Shown: piece by piece, positions 62,001 through 64,000 of the stretch
Layout of the letters: each line of letters begins with the position of its first letter
How positions within the stretch are numbered: the first letter of the stretch is position 1
Assembly (NCBI GenBank): GCA_001724265.1
Contig: MEDY01000233.1
Location: 1-64,000, forward strand
Source: Rhizaria sp. SCN 62-66
Lineage: Eukaryota
DNA: 64,000 nt
Direction: 5' to 3'
Notes under the pieces: model-generated
Seen by the model: only the letters and a program-made list of their open reading frames with translations
What the model was told of the DNA's origin: nothing
The model's database searches: none
Translations under genes and position numbers: made by a program

Positions 62001-64000
62001 TCGTGAGTTAGTGGTTGCAGAAGCTGAATGTTGCGGGCGCGGTGCGCTGGTGCGCTTGCCGACGAAGCGAGAGGAGTCGGAAGCCTGCCCCGTGTTGTTC
62101 TGAGAAACGTTGTCAAGACGCTGTCGATTCTGTTGCTGCGTATGTTGTTGTTGTTCGGCGTGTTGCAGCTGTTGCTTCATCACCATATTTTCATGCAGTG
62201 TCTGAGCAAAGATCAACTGTTGCTGTAATTGCACCTGCTGATGTTGCTGCTGCTGCTGAAATGCTTGTTGTTCTTGAGCAGCAATCATTTCAGCTTTCCG
62301 TTGACTTGGTGGCGTGGGTGTACGCGAGCCTGCGTCGCTGCAGCTTCGGCTTATTGGCCGCGAGCGCGAATGCTGGTGCTTGAACATGTTTATCGCGCTG
62401 TGAAACAAAGCGTCTGACTGGTAAGCATCTACAGGGCGCACGCGTGAGCGGCCACCTGCTGCAGCGGCACTAGAGGGAGGAAGTGCAACTGAGCCCGAAG
62501 AAGGCCTGATATTCGCCACAGGAGAGTCTGTAGCAGGAGGAACAGACGGTGGCGGCAGAGGACCGTTCGGTTTAGAGTTTGGGACATCGTCACCTAGATT
62601 AGATGCGTCAGCGCCTCCGTTATTATGACTTTTGAGTGAAGTTTGTGGCGGCGCCGAGTGTCCAGTGTTGCGCACACCAGGACTTTGAACAGGTTGCGCC
62701 ATTGGCACTGCGAAGGAGTTGCTAGCGCCATGAAGTGGTGACTCTGCAGCGTCTGCCGCAGCTGCCGCCGCCCTGCTCGCGGCTGCGGCGGCCTTCTTGG
62801 CGGAGTTTTCACTCGCAGCTGCCGCGGCAGTGAGCGCAGCCGGGTCTGTCTCGAGAGCCCATGGGTGGTTCGCAAGGTGCTTTTTGTTCCACTTAAGCGC
62901 TGCAAGCAACACACTATTGCGCAGAGCAGCAGCGTCAAAATAGCTCGCCATAAACACAAGAAGCAGACAAATTAGCACAACAGCGCCGATTACGATAATA
63001 GGTGCAAAGTTGTCCTCTATCATGCTGACTGACACACCAAACACCGTCGCAGGCCCTGCAGCAACCACTTCAGCGACAGAGCTGATGACAGCTGCGTATA
63101 GTCCCAACCGGGTGCATGCACAGACTGTGCGCGTAGCAGACACGTGTTTCGCAACCGTACAAGAAGTCAAGTCCCAGTCTTGCGCTGCGCCAGTCTGCGC
63201 AGTCACCGCGCCAAGGAGCACATCTGTGACAGAGGCCGTCGCCACCCAATCGCTTGGACGACTCACACACGAGACTCGCTCGTGTGATCCAACACTCCGG
63301 TGCTCGACGGTCACGTGCAACGGAGTCGACAGTAAAATCCACGAGTCTGAGTCTGGGAAAAAACTCGTCGCGTTCCGTGGTGCGATCCGAACGGCAGTAT
63401 AGACAGAAGAGGTGATACTGTCGTTTTTCGAGAGAGTCGCACTGCTTAAGTCAGGATAAAGCACCGTGTCATCTGTGAAGCTCATCTCAGCAAGCATGTC
63501 TTCGGCGGATGCAATTGCAGCGACAGAACCATCATCCTGTGAGTTCACCTTGCGGTCTGCGCTACCAGAATAAACAAACGCACTCTGAAGCCCAGAACGC
63601 ATCCATAGTGGCCACTGCACAGAGTCTGTAGTCTTAAACATGAGCTGTCCGAGGAGCTCGGGAGAAAGGCCCACCGCAGCAAGTTGAGCATCAGTTAATG
63701 AGTTTGATTGAGTGCTGTAGCGCACGGGTCCGATTATGTTGTCAAGAGCAAGCGGCGCTAAGGGAAGCAATAAATTAGGGAATTCTGCTGTACGAAGCGT
63801 GGCATCCGGAGCTGTCGTTAGGGTTTTACCAGCAACGCTGCTCGCCGACTTGGTTGCTGCGCTTGTTGCCCCCGTTTGTGATAATAACGCGCTGCTGGTA
63901 AAGAGTGAAAACATGCCACCAGAAAATAACCGGAATACAGCGATATCAGCGCTTTCATCGCCGTCAAGCGCAAGTGTGGACAAAAAAGACTCAGGGATGG
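56064..64000 (-). CDS. Second polycystin-1-like GPS multi-pass membrane protein (>2640 aa in window, 5' end outside); in-frame TAG at 56801-56799
   Basis: Frame open from the window edge. GPS-like C...WDLTSCTV...TVCACTRLGLYA, TM APIIVIGAVVLICLLLVFMASYFD, PKD1-type RRHVAYSLWRRSPVSRISFARRF, further TMs. ORFs 56799-63983 and 56064-56792 are in the same frame, separated by one TAG; ends TAA before AT-rich DNA. Confidence 0.8.

Noticed and set aside
39297-64000. Receptor genes as pseudogenes with nonsense mutations
   Set aside because: About 23 kb of coding sequence has no frameshift and no internal TAA/TGA; all four interruptions are TAG. Random decay would also give TGA/TAA and indels.
38476-64000. 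Lower-GC block next to the tRNA as an integrated mobile or viral island
   Set aside because: No integrase, transposase, terminal repeats or tRNA-end duplication seen. The first gene has host-type GTACGT introns and both show the same TAG usage as genes to the left.

Overview
This is a gene-dense, GC-rich nuclear genome segment of a eukaryotic microbe, probably a flagellated protist (CEP131, peroxisomal PTS1 enzyme, HPt phosphorelay protein). I could build 15 protein-coding models by hand, with 20 GT-AG introns of 91-286 nt, plus one tRNA-Asp(GUC). Recognisable genes are a FAM13-like IQ protein, an SDR-SCP2 peroxisomal dehydrogenase, an MBOAT lysophospholipid acyltransferase, prohibitin, CEP131, RPL39, a stand-alone Nup96, a DOT1-like methyltransferase, an HPt protein, and a tail-to-tail pair of giant polycystin-1/REJ-like GPS receptors. 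The main discovery is an apparent non-standard genetic code. Seven in-frame TAG codons occur in four genes (17239, 17482, 35329, 39859, 44130, 46335, 56799): six are followed by sensible in-frame coding sequence and one directly precedes a TGA. If TAG is read as sense, all 14 complete gene ends use TAA (8) or TGA (6). The best reading is UAG = sense codon (probably Gln) with UAA/UGA as stops. No homology searches were run; family calls rest on motif recognition.
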